From the NCBI GenBank assembly GCA_035546975.1, contig DASZVS010000014.1, positions 124,029-188,028 on the forward strand: a stretch of 64,000 bases of DNA, read 5' to 3'. Under the pieces are notes generated by a model. That model searched no databases. It was not told the DNA's origin and saw only the letters and a program-made list of their open reading frames with translations. The DNA is from Candidatus Saccharimonadales bacterium (lineage in GTDB: Bacteria > Patescibacteriota > Saccharimonadia > Saccharimonadales > UBA4665). How positions within the stretch are numbered: the stretch's first letter is position 1; every line of letters begins with the position of its first letter. Position numbers and translations under genes: made by a program. Of this stretch, positions 19,535 to 28,093 are shown piece after piece.

Positions 19535-22500
19535 ATGAATATTAGACGTGGCTCAGGACGTAGCCGCCGCTCGCGAAACACCATCACCACCAAGAGCGGT
19601 AAGACTATCCCCTTGAACCGTTCATTGAGTGACCGCGTCAAAGCTGCGCGCGCCACCCGGGCAGCTGACCGGGCAACGTACCTAAGTACTTTGCCGAAAG
19701 GCCGCGCTAAACGGATGCTCTACCGCCTGCAGCCGAAACATTTAGCCGCCTATTGGTTTAGTCGAGAGGGCGGTATTATGGCGCTCAAAATTATCGGCGT
19801 GGCAATTATCGTCGGCTTTTTCCTGACTATCGGCATGTTCGCTTATTTCCGCAAGGACTTGCCGAAGATTAAAGACATCTCGGGCGACAATCTCGGCGGG
19901 AGCATAACGTATTACGACCGTACCGGCCAGATCGTACTGTGGCAGGATTACAACGCCGTTAAACGCATACCCGTACAAAGCAATCAGATCTCTCCTTATA
20001 TGAAAGAGGCCACAGTGGCTATTGAAGACAAAGATTTTTATAAGCACGGGGCTTTTGATGTCCGCGGTATTATGCGGGCCGGATTCCACGACATATTCGG
20101 CGGAGGCGGCGCCGTACAGGGCGGTTCAACAATTACCCAGCAGCTCGTCAAGCTTAATGAAAACTGGACAACTAACCGGACGGTTACCCGTAAAGTTAAA
20201 GAACTTATCTTGGCGGTCGAATTGGAACGTGAATATTCCAAAAATGACATCTTAACAGGCTACCTTAATATTGCTCCGTATGGCGGCGTGGAATACGGGG
20301 TTGAGAGCGCGGCGAGAGACTATTTTCAAACCGATGCAAAAGACCTGACGCTTCCCCAAGCGGCAATGCTTGCAGCCATCCCGCAGTCGCCAAGTTATTA
20401 TTCGCCGTACGCCAGCAGCCAGTTTAACCAATCCGTTACCGACAGCACCTTCAGCCAGTCCGCTCTTCTTAACCGCCAGCACTACATACTAGATCAGATG
20501 GCGCTGCAAGGGTACATTACCAAGCAGCAAGCCGACGACGCAAAAAAGGTTAATATTCTGGCAGAAATTCACCCGCAGGCACCAAAATACCAGGGTATTA
20601 AAGCGCCTTACTTCGTGCTCGCGGCCAAACAGGAGCTTGAACAAACCTACGGAGCCGCGACCGTACAGCGTGGCGGCTGGCAGGTCATCACAACGCTTGA
20701 TATGGACCTACAAAATAAGGCCGATGAGCTTGTTCAGCAAAATGTCCCTAATATCTCAAAATACGGAGCGGATGAGGAGGCGCTCGTCCTGGAGGACGTT
20801 CCGACAGGCCAAATGATGGCCCTCACAGGGGGTACTGATTTCACAAATCCCGACCATGGGCAAAACAACTACGCGGCCGGAATTCAGATACCGCCTGGTT
20901 CAAGCTTCAAGCCGTACGACTACACGACATTCATCAATAACAATAATAATGTCGGCGCAGGCTCCGTCCTGTACGATGTACAGCAGCCTTTGCCAGGCTA
21001 TCCGTGTACTAACCAAGCAAAACCGTTCAATAGTAGCGGTAATCCAACCGGCGGTAACTGTTTGTGGGACTATGACTTTAAATATCCTGGCCCAATAACC
21101 CTGCGCTATGCCCTCGGCGGCTCGCGTAACGTCCCGGCAGTCAAATCTATGCTGGAGGCCGTTCCGGGCGATAAGAGCACGAACTATACTAAATCAGTCA
21201 ATAAAGTCATTAGTACTGCTTCGGCGATGATGGACAATACATACGACCAATCCAAACATATACAGCCCTATAACTGTTATTCCGATGCTGCGCTTACAAA
21301 AACCACACAGTGTTATGGGGCATCGGCAATCGGCGACGGCGCCTACCTGCACCTCGATGACCATGTGAATGGCCTCGCGACGCTCGGGCGTATGGGCAAA
21401 GCCATCCCGCGAACCTACATCCTGAAAATTACCGATGCCGCAGGTAAGACCGTTTACCAATGGAAACAGCCTACCGGCCAACAAGTCGTAAAACAGGACG
21501 CAGCGTACATTGTCGATAATATGGCAAGCGACCCGCGGGCCAGCTACCTCCCCGGCAGCTGTACGACAACTACCTGTACTACGTTACGGAGCGGCGGCTA
21601 TAAGTTCCAACGCTACAATGGCTGGGATTTCGCAGTAAAGACTGGTACCACTAACAATGGTTTCGATGGATTGATGACAAGCTGGTCTACTAAATACGCT
21701 GTAGTTTCGTGGGTCGGCAACCATACGCGTAATGTCGAGTTGAATACCTCTATGGAGTACCTAACCGAACCGCTTACCCGCAATATGATGGAATATGCCC
21801 ATCAGAACCTCAAACCGGATAACTGGGTACAGCCGAAAGACATCAAGACGGCATCCGCCTACATCGTCCGAAACCATATCGACTACGGCGACCAAGAACC
21901 GAGCCCTTCGACCGATCTATATCCGTCATGGTATGTTGGCGGCGGCTCAAACAGCAAGAACACGTCCGCAACAATAGATAAAGTTTCGGGCAAACTGGCT
22001 ACGAGTTGTACGCCGGCAGCCGCTAAGGAATACGTCTACAACGCAAACGTCGCATCCTGGAATGTAGACATCTTTAAGGGAGGCACGCCGAATATCGGCA
22101 GCGGCAGCAGTAGCTCTAAGAGCAGTAACAGCTCCTCGGCGAGCGACGATGTCCATAACTGTAATGACAGTCCGCCGACAGTAACCTTAGTGGCTCCATC
22201 CACCTGTACGAGTAGCTGTACAATTACCGTAACCACTACCCAAGGCACTCATCCTTTCTCGGACCCGCAGTACCCGACCTATCCAGGGTTGCTTACGGTA
22301 ACACTCAATGGCCACACCATTTACTCGGCCCACATAGACTCCTCGCCTACCACCAAGAGCTTCACCTATACGCCTACAAGCAGTGGCGGGGGGACACTAG
22401 TGGCGACCGTGACTGACAGCGTCCTATATAGTGGCAGCCAGAGCACGCCATTTACCTACACAATTCCAGCCCCTACCCCAGCGCCAACAACTCAAGACCA

Positions 22501-22549
22501 GACTAATAGCGGTAATGGCGGCGACGGGAACCCTGGCGGCAATCCGTGA
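19535..22549 (+). CDS. class A penicillin-binding protein (transglycosylase/transpeptidase) with extra C-terminal domain
   Basis: EDKDFYKHGAFD and GGSTITQQLVK (GT51). SSFKP (SxxK), SRN and KTGTT (transpeptidase). Arg-rich cytoplasmic N-tail plus a TM helix. Ser-rich linker and beta-rich C-terminal extension. Confidence 0.93.
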   Translation: MNIRRGSGRSRRSRNTITTKSGKTIPLNRSLSDRVKAARATRAADRATYLSTLPKGRAKRMLYRLQPKHLAAYWFSREGGIMALKIIGVAIIVGFFLTIGMFAYFRKDLPKIKDISGDNLGGSITYYDRTGQIVLWQDYNAVKRIPVQSNQISPYMKEATVAIEDKDFYKHGAFDVRGIMRAGFHDIFGGGGAVQGGSTITQQLVKLNENWTTNRTVTRKVKELILAVELEREYSKNDILTGYLNIAPYGGVEYGVESAARDYFQTDAKDLTLPQAAMLAAIPQSPSYYSPYASSQFNQSVTDSTFSQSALLNRQHYILDQMALQGYITKQQADDAKKVNILAEIHPQAPKYQGIKAPYFVLAAKQELEQTYGAATVQRGGWQVITTLDMDLQNKADELVQQNVPNISKYGADEEALVLEDVPTGQMMALTGGTDFTNPDHGQNNYAAGIQIPPGSSFKPYDYTTFINNNNNVGAGSVLYDVQQPLPGYPCTNQAKPFNSSGNPTGGNCLWDYDFKYPGPITLRYALGGSRNVPAVKSMLEAVPGDKSTNYTKSVNKVISTASAMMDNTYDQSKHIQPYNCYSDAALTKTTQCYGASAIGDGAYLHLDDHVNGLATLGRMGKAIPRTYILKITDAAGKTVYQWKQPTGQQVVKQDAAYIVDNMASDPRASYLPGSCTTTTCTTLRSGGYKFQRYNGWDFAVKTGTTNNGFDGLMTSWSTKYAVVSWVGNHTRNVELNTSMEYLTEPLTRNMMEYAHQNLKPDNWVQPKDIKTASAYIVRNHIDYGDQEPSPSTDLYPSWYVGGGSNSKNTSATIDKVSGKLATSCTPAAAKEYVYNANVASWNVDIFKGGTPNIGSGSSSSKSSNSSSASDDVHNCNDSPPTVTLVAPSTCTSSCTITVTTTQGTHPFSDPQYPTYPGLLTVTLNGHTIYSAHIDSSPTTKSFTYTPTSSGGGTLVATVTDSVLYSGSQSTPFTYTIPAPTPAPTTQDQTNSGNGGDGNPGGNP

Positions 22550-22596
22550 AGAGAGCGTAGTCACACACACCGTTAAACTAAACCTGCGCAGTTTTG

Positions 22597-23946
22597 TTAA
22601 TCTTTTTCTAGAAATTGATTGAGCGCGTTTCGAACATCGGCTACGCCGTACAGCCCCGAAATTTTCTTGCCAGATTTCTGTACCGGGCCGATGGCGCCTT
22701 TAAATCCGAGCTTTTTAGCTTCAGCTATCCTTTTTTCGGCATACGGCACGTGCCGGACTTCCCCCGAAAGCCCCACTTCCCCGAATACCACAGCGTTTTG
22801 CTTCAGCTGTAATCCTTTGGCCGCAGAGCCGATAGCCAAGCAAATTGCCAGGTCGGCAGCCGGTTCTCGGACTTGGATACCACCAACAATATTAATATAA
22901 ATATCATGTTCATTAAGTTTTAGTTTGGTACGGCGTTCCAGCATCGCTACCAATAAATTAAGGCGGTTTAAGTCAAAGCCGCTGGCAGTACGCTTGGGGT
23001 AACCATAGCTGGTACGATTTACAAGCGCCTGCACTTCTACAAGGAGAGGCCGAGTACCTTCAAGCGTGGCAAGCACCACCGAGCCATCGGTTACTTGCCG
23101 CTCCGCTAAAAGCGCCGCAGAAGGGTTAGCAACCGGCTGAAGACCTTCCTCGACCATCTCAAATATGCCAGCTTCACTCGTCGAGCCAAAGCGGTTTTTG
23201 ACAGCCCTAAGCAGCTTGAAGCCGCCATAACGGTCGCCCTCCAACTGCAATACCACATCCACCACGTGCTCCAACACTTTCGGGCCGGCTATCGAGCCTT
23301 CTTTCGTCACGTGCCCTACCAGCAACAACGCGGTAGATGAACGTTTTGCGGCGGCTGAAAGCAATTGTGTACTGTTAGTGATCTGCGAGACGGTACCGGC
23401 AGCAGAACTAATGGCCTGGCAGCTCATCGTCTGGATAGAATCCACAATAATAAGACGGTAATCGCCGCTGGCGATAGTCGCTGCAATGTCATCGGCGGAA
23501 GTGCTTGTGGCCAGCTGAAGCTCGGGCCTAAGCGTGCCTAGCCGCTTAGCCCGAAGGCCTACCTGATGAGCGGACTCTTCGCCGCTCACATACAAAACGG
23601 GCACTTTAGCAGCCAAGGCATACGCTAGCTGCAAAAGTAAGGTACTCTTACCTATCCCAGGTTGACCGGCAAGTAGGTTGATGCTGCCTGGCACGATTCC
23701 GCCGCCCAGAACCGCATCAATATCATGGATGCCGCTAGCAAGTCTCGGCTGGTCGGCGCGTACCGCCTCAGTCACAGATTCCGGCTGTAAGCTTTGGCCC
23801 GAGCCTCCGGCGCCTTGTAATACGCTCGGCGCTAATTGCTCTTGCATCGTATTCCATTCGCCGCACTGCAGGCACTTGCCACTCCAAGTACTGCTGACAG
23901 CGCCGCAGTTACTGCACACATAACGAGCGGCTGTTTTCTTAGCCAT
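22597..23946 (-). CDS. radA: DNA repair protein RadA
   Basis: Zinc finger CSNCG...CLQCGEWNT, Walker A GQPGIGKST, the KNRFG motif and a Lon-like C-terminal domain. Confidence 0.95.
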   Translation of the reverse strand: MAKKTAARYVCSNCGAVSSTWSGKCLQCGEWNTMQEQLAPSVLQGAGGSGQSLQPESVTEAVRADQPRLASGIHDIDAVLGGGIVPGSINLLAGQPGIGKSTLLLQLAYALAAKVPVLYVSGEESAHQVGLRAKRLGTLRPELQLATSTSADDIAATIASGDYRLIIVDSIQTMSCQAISSAAGTVSQITNSTQLLSAAAKRSSTALLLVGHVTKEGSIAGPKVLEHVVDVVLQLEGDRYGGFKLLRAVKNRFGSTSEAGIFEMVEEGLQPVANPSAALLAERQVTDGSVVLATLEGTRPLLVEVQALVNRTSYGYPKRTASGFDLNRLNLLVAMLERRTKLKLNEHDIYINIVGGIQVREPAADLAICLAIGSAAKGLQLKQNAVVFGEVGLSGEVRHVPYAEKRIAEAKKLGFKGAIGPVQKSGKKISGLYGVADVRNALNQFLEKD

Positions 23947-24025
23947 GAATTATCCTCCGCATCATTACTAAAAGTGTAGCATCTCTTTCAGCACGGCACC
24001 GTAGTGAAATAAGCCGTTTCTGAAA

Positions 24026-25108
24026 TCAATTCTGTGTATTCTGCTGGCTCAAACGAGTATCCAGCGCTTTATCCAGAGTGGTCAACGCTTTAGCTATGTT
24101 ATTCCGGGCATCTACTAGCTGGTTGTACTGCGCGATAGCTTGCTTAAGCGCCCCTACGCCATTATTATACGAGCTAACTTGACTGTTAAAGGTTGGCACG
24201 GCGGCATTATAAGCAGCAGTTTGGCCGGAGGACAGTTCATTATCCAGCTGCTTTTTGAGGGCCATAATAGAACTTTGCTGGCTTTCGAGAGCCGCCTCTT
24301 GGCTGTCAATCTGTTTTTTCATGGCAGCAAGCTGCTGATCATCCTGGGCTATAGCATTCTGTCGTGCAGTAAACTCGTCCTGATAATGGTTGCTATACGC
24401 TACAATAGCCGCCCGGTTGGAGAAATATTTTTTATAATATGCCTCGAGTGGCGCCGGCAAATTGGCAATTTCTGTACCGAAAGTAGAGTGCATCTCATCG
24501 AGTACGGCTCCCGGCTCAGTTTGCTGGTACAACTTAATTTCACTGATAACTTGCGGGTCTTTTAAGCCATTTTTGTAATAATCATTGAGCATTTTGTTAA
24601 CGTTCGCCCGCTCTTCAGGACTGAGGCGCGCATAAATAGCATGGAGTGTCTCATGGGCAGCCGTCACTTGTGCCACGCCTTTAAGCGAAGGATCTTGGAC
24701 GTTGTAGATGTATATTCCGTTTTCGCCGGGGTGATAACAACCGAGGACAACGGTATCTTTATTCTCAGGACAGTGCTGCCGGAAACTGGTGATATTTGAT
24801 AAAAGTTCCGGCTTGTTCAGATAAAAAAGATGCTGGGCATACGGCGTCATGGTATCTTCCGTGGCCAGCTGGCTGACCGCCGAAGCGGGATGGTAGCCGC
24901 GCATCCGCCACCAGTCAGAAATACCTTGCCTATTGGCTATGATGAGCCCGAGCAGGATTGCCCACACCGCCACCATAGCGAACGTTATAGTCCATGCCCG
25001 CTTGGAGCGCCGCGGTTTTAGAGTGCGGATTCCTGGCAAAGGCCCGGCTGCCGGCCGAGGTGGCAATCCGGGTACTTCTGGAGGCGGAGATTGTGAATTG
25101 TCATTCAT
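24026..25108 (-). CDS. membrane-anchored hypothetical protein with HExxH motif and Gln-rich coiled-coil C-terminus
   Basis: 360 aa. Pro-rich N-tail, one TM helix (WTITFAMVAVWAILLGLIIA), AAHETLHAIY, and a C-terminal heptad-like Q/A/L-rich region. Confidence 0.6.
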   Translation of the reverse strand: MNDNSQSPPPEVPGLPPRPAAGPLPGIRTLKPRRSKRAWTITFAMVAVWAILLGLIIANRQGISDWWRMRGYHPASAVSQLATEDTMTPYAQHLFYLNKPELLSNITSFRQHCPENKDTVVLGCYHPGENGIYIYNVQDPSLKGVAQVTAAHETLHAIYARLSPEERANVNKMLNDYYKNGLKDPQVISEIKLYQQTEPGAVLDEMHSTFGTEIANLPAPLEAYYKKYFSNRAAIVAYSNHYQDEFTARQNAIAQDDQQLAAMKKQIDSQEAALESQQSSIMALKKQLDNELSSGQTAAYNAAVPTFNSQVSSYNNGVGALKQAIAQYNQLVDARNNIAKALTTLDKALDTRLSQQNTQN

Positions 25109-25229
25109 GATGTATTTTATTTAGGATAGACAAGAAAGACCAAACTGCCTGCATGCACAATTTACGATGGAAAGCGAGGATAGAAGCTTTACGCGCAAAG
25201 TGTGCCAGGCTAGTTTGGCCGTAATGTTT

Positions 25230-27710
25230 TTATTCGGTAACGGTAGCATAGGTAAGCTCGCTATTTTTGCTTGCTACCTGAATGATATCACCTTTTGTGT
25301 ATTTTTCGTCTAACAAATCAAGGGCCAAATGGTCTTCGATCGTATCCTGGATGAGGCGGCGCAATGGCCGGACGCCATTCTTCGCATCGTAACCCTGCTC
25401 GAGCAAGTATTGCTTGGCGCTCGTACCCAGCTGTACGCTAATTCCTTTGCGCTGCAGGCGCTCCTTCAGTTCATTGATCTGCAAATCGATGATCTTGTAT
25501 ATATCTTTCTTGGTCAAGGCGTGAAAGACGATAGTTTTATCTATGCGGTTCAAGAGTTCCGGCCGAAGCAATTTCTTCAACTCGTCGTGAACCCGGTCTT
25601 TGTTGGCCTCATGCATAGCTTCGAGATCTTTGAGCTCATCGGCCTTGGTTGCACGGAAACCGAAACTGGCTTCTTTTTGCAATTTATCCGCGCCAACGTT
25701 CGAAGTCATGATGACAATCGTATTGGTAAAGTCTATGCGGCGGCCTTTGGCGTCAGTGATATAGCCGTCTTCCAGCATTTGCAGGAGCATGTTAAATACA
25801 TCCGGGTGGGCCTTTTCGATTTCGTCAAAGAGGACTAGGCTGTAAGGCTGGCGGCGAATTTTATCCGTCAACTGGCCACCTTCGTCATAGCCGACATATC
25901 CGGCCGGAGCGCCCACTAGGCGGGAAACATTGTGATGTTCGCCGAATTCCGACATATCTATCTTAACGAGGGCATTCTCGCTGCCAAAGAATTCACGCGC
26001 TAATACGCGGGCCAACTCGGTCTTGCCTACACCGGTAGGGCCAAGGAAAATGAATGACCCGATGGGGCGCTTCTCGGTACCGACGCCGCTGCGGTTACGC
26101 CTGATAGCGCGGGCCACGGCACTCACTGCTTCTTTCTGGCCGATGATATATTTGCTCAGTTCCTTTTCAAGGTTCAAGAGATACTTTGCTTCGCTGCGGA
26201 TAACGTTCTTCACCGGCACACCGGTCATGCGCGAAACAACATCGGCTACATCTTCGCTGGTTACCGTAAGCTGTTTGGTATGCTTGCCGTTGGCACGTTC
26301 AGCCGCAAGCTTTTCATTAATCTGCGAGGCACGGGTCTTAGCACGGGCAGCGCGCTCGTAGTCCTCGGCGTCCACTGCTTCTTCGATTTGCGTATTAACC
26401 AGTTTGAGCTCTTTCTGCAGCTTCCGGACTTCCGGGCTAGTCTTGCCTTTATCTACTCGCAAATGCGCCGCAGTTTCGTCAATCAAATCAATAGCTTTGT
26501 CCGGCATATAGCGGTCATTTATGTATCGTCTGGCAAGATTAACGGCGTCCTCCAGAACTTCGTCGCTCAGTTTAACGCCGTGGAACTGCTCGTAGTGGCC
26601 GCGCAAGCCTTTCAGAATAGCGAGCGTTTCGCCAGGCGTCGTTTCAGGGACCTGGATAGGCTGGAAGCGGCGCTCCAGGGCGGCGTCTTTTTCGATATGC
26701 TTGGTGTACTCTACCGTAGTAGTAGCCCCGATAACTTGGATTTTGCCGCGGGCCAGTGCCGGCTTCAAGATATTACCGGCATCCATAGCGCCCTCAGCGG
26801 CGCCGGCGCCTACAATCAGATGCAACTCATCGATGAAGACTATAGTCTGGTTGTCTTTCTCCAGTTCTGCCATAACCTTTTTCAGGCGCTCTTCAAATTC
26901 GCCCCGGTACTTTGTGCCGGCAATCATACCGGCTAAGTCCAACATAACGATCCTTTTATCGATCAAACTATCAGGCACATCCTCGGCAATAATACGCTGG
27001 GCCAGGCCTTCTACAATAGCGGTTTTACCAACGCCAGGCTCGCCTATTAATACGGGGTTATTCTTTGTCCGCCGGTTCAAGATGGTAATAACGCGGCGTA
27101 TCTGGTTATCCCGGCCTACCACCGGGTCAAGCTTGCCCTCACGGGCTTGTGCCGTCAGATCTGTACCGAAGAAATCAAGAGCTGTCTTTTTAGCCTTCTT
27201 GCCGCTGCGACGGCTGCGGGCCGTTCCGGTATCATTTTCTTCGTATTGTTGCCGGTTGAAGAATTGCTCGAGCTCATTCATAAGCGTTTCGACATCAATA
27301 TTCATATCGCGAAGCAAAATCGTAGCCCGGGCGTTTTTCTGGCTGAGAATGCTATAAAGGATATGCTCCGTACCGCAATACTCTTGCGAGTAATCCTGGG
27401 CTACGTCATATGCCATCTTGAGTGTTAGCTTGGCAGTTTCGCTTAAACCTTTGGCGCCAACATTTATAACGAGCGTCTTGGGCGTCATATTGAGCGCCAT
27501 GCGCGCCCGATCAAGCGTAACGCCAGCGCCCTCAAGCACTTTAGCGCCCATGCTGCCATCTTGCGCCAACACGCCAAGCAAAAGATGCTCGGTGCCAACG
27601 TAAGCACTGCCAAAATTACGAGCAATAGCGTCTGCATGCTTCAAGCTCTGCAGGGCATTGTTCGTTAAATGATTTAAAAATTCTTGGAAGTCGGGAGAAT
27701 TCGGCATCAT
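25230..27710 (-). CDS. clpC: ATP-dependent Clp protease ATP-binding subunit ClpC
   Basis: 826 aa. Two Clp_N repeats, two AAA+ modules ([10 protein letters not shown] and [11 protein letters not shown]) and a UVR-like linker. Confidence 0.95.
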   Translation of the reverse strand: MMPNSPDFQEFLNHLTNNALQSLKHADAIARNFGSAYVGTEHLLLGVLAQDGSMGAKVLEGAGVTLDRARMALNMTPKTLVINVGAKGLSETAKLTLKMAYDVAQDYSQEYCGTEHILYSILSQKNARATILLRDMNIDVETLMNELEQFFNRQQYEENDTGTARSRRSGKKAKKTALDFFGTDLTAQAREGKLDPVVGRDNQIRRVITILNRRTKNNPVLIGEPGVGKTAIVEGLAQRIIAEDVPDSLIDKRIVMLDLAGMIAGTKYRGEFEERLKKVMAELEKDNQTIVFIDELHLIVGAGAAEGAMDAGNILKPALARGKIQVIGATTTVEYTKHIEKDAALERRFQPIQVPETTPGETLAILKGLRGHYEQFHGVKLSDEVLEDAVNLARRYINDRYMPDKAIDLIDETAAHLRVDKGKTSPEVRKLQKELKLVNTQIEEAVDAEDYERAARAKTRASQINEKLAAERANGKHTKQLTVTSEDVADVVSRMTGVPVKNVIRSEAKYLLNLEKELSKYIIGQKEAVSAVARAIRRNRSGVGTEKRPIGSFIFLGPTGVGKTELARVLAREFFGSENALVKIDMSEFGEHHNVSRLVGAPAGYVGYDEGGQLTDKIRRQPYSLVLFDEIEKAHPDVFNMLLQMLEDGYITDAKGRRIDFTNTIVIMTSNVGADKLQKEASFGFRATKADELKDLEAMHEANKDRVHDELKKLLRPELLNRIDKTIVFHALTKKDIYKIIDLQINELKERLQRKGISVQLGTSAKQYLLEQGYDAKNGVRPLRRLIQDTIEDHLALDLLDEKYTKGDIIQVASKNSELTYATVTE

Positions 27711-27871
27711 ATTTTTTGTACCACCTTTCCTTTATGTGTCATGCCTTAAGCCTAATCGAGACGGCTGAGGTGCTGCTGTAAAGGGGTCGCTTGTTGATAA
27801 ATCTGGATGCCCCGCTGCCTGGTGGCCTGACATTTGGCTTGTTTCTATGCTCTTAAAACTTGCCTACATCC

Positions 27872-27899
27872 ATTGTAGCACTTAGCACTCTCACGTCAA
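27872..27899 (-). promoter_or_regulatory. clpC promoter candidate overlapping CIRCE
   Basis: On the minus strand: TTGACG (27899-27894, inside the CIRCE spacer), 16-nt spacer counted to TACAAT, and extended -10 TGCTACAAT (27880-27872). It lies about 160 nt upstream of the clpC ATG. Confidence 0.5.
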
Positions 27900-27908
27900 G
27901 AGTGCTAA
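27882..27908. promoter_or_regulatory. CIRCE inverted repeat (HrcA operator consensus)
   Basis: Exact TTAGCACTC (27882-27890), N9, GAGTGCTAA (27900-27908). Confidence 0.85.
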
Positions 27909-28010
27909 TTCAGCCTGTTGTTTGGGTTGGTTGGCAGGGCTGGATTGCCATTTATCTCCAAGACTCCGAGCAAGCCGTAGTCGTCGCTACGGCGCAGCTG
28001 GATTGAAGGA

Positions 28011-28036
28011 GAAAATGGCGAGAAAGCCCGTCGCCA
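28011..28036 (-). terminator. weak terminator candidate after the giant gene
   Basis: Minus-strand RNA: UGGCGA-CGGGCUUUC-UCGCCA followed by UUUUCUCC, about 60 nt after the stop at 28094. Confidence 0.35.
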
Positions 28037-28093
28037 GACAGTCCAAGCAATGGGTTGCACGTAGTATTCTTGGCGTGAGTCAAGAGTGCTAAT

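Noticed and set aside
27711-27866. Possible SRP (4.5S) RNA or other known ncRNA in the long clpC upstream region (GTCAGGCCACCAGGCAGC on the minus strand).
   Set aside because: The conserved SRP domain IV features (GGAA tetraloop, AGCA motif in a symmetric loop) are not present. The region is more simply the clpC 5' leader.
28066-28092. A third complete CIRCE operator at the end of the giant gene.
   Set aside because: Only the right arm (GAGTGCTAA, 28084-28092) is present. The expected left arm position reads ATTCTTGGC, matching at 2 of 9 positions. It is reported only as a partial duplicate.
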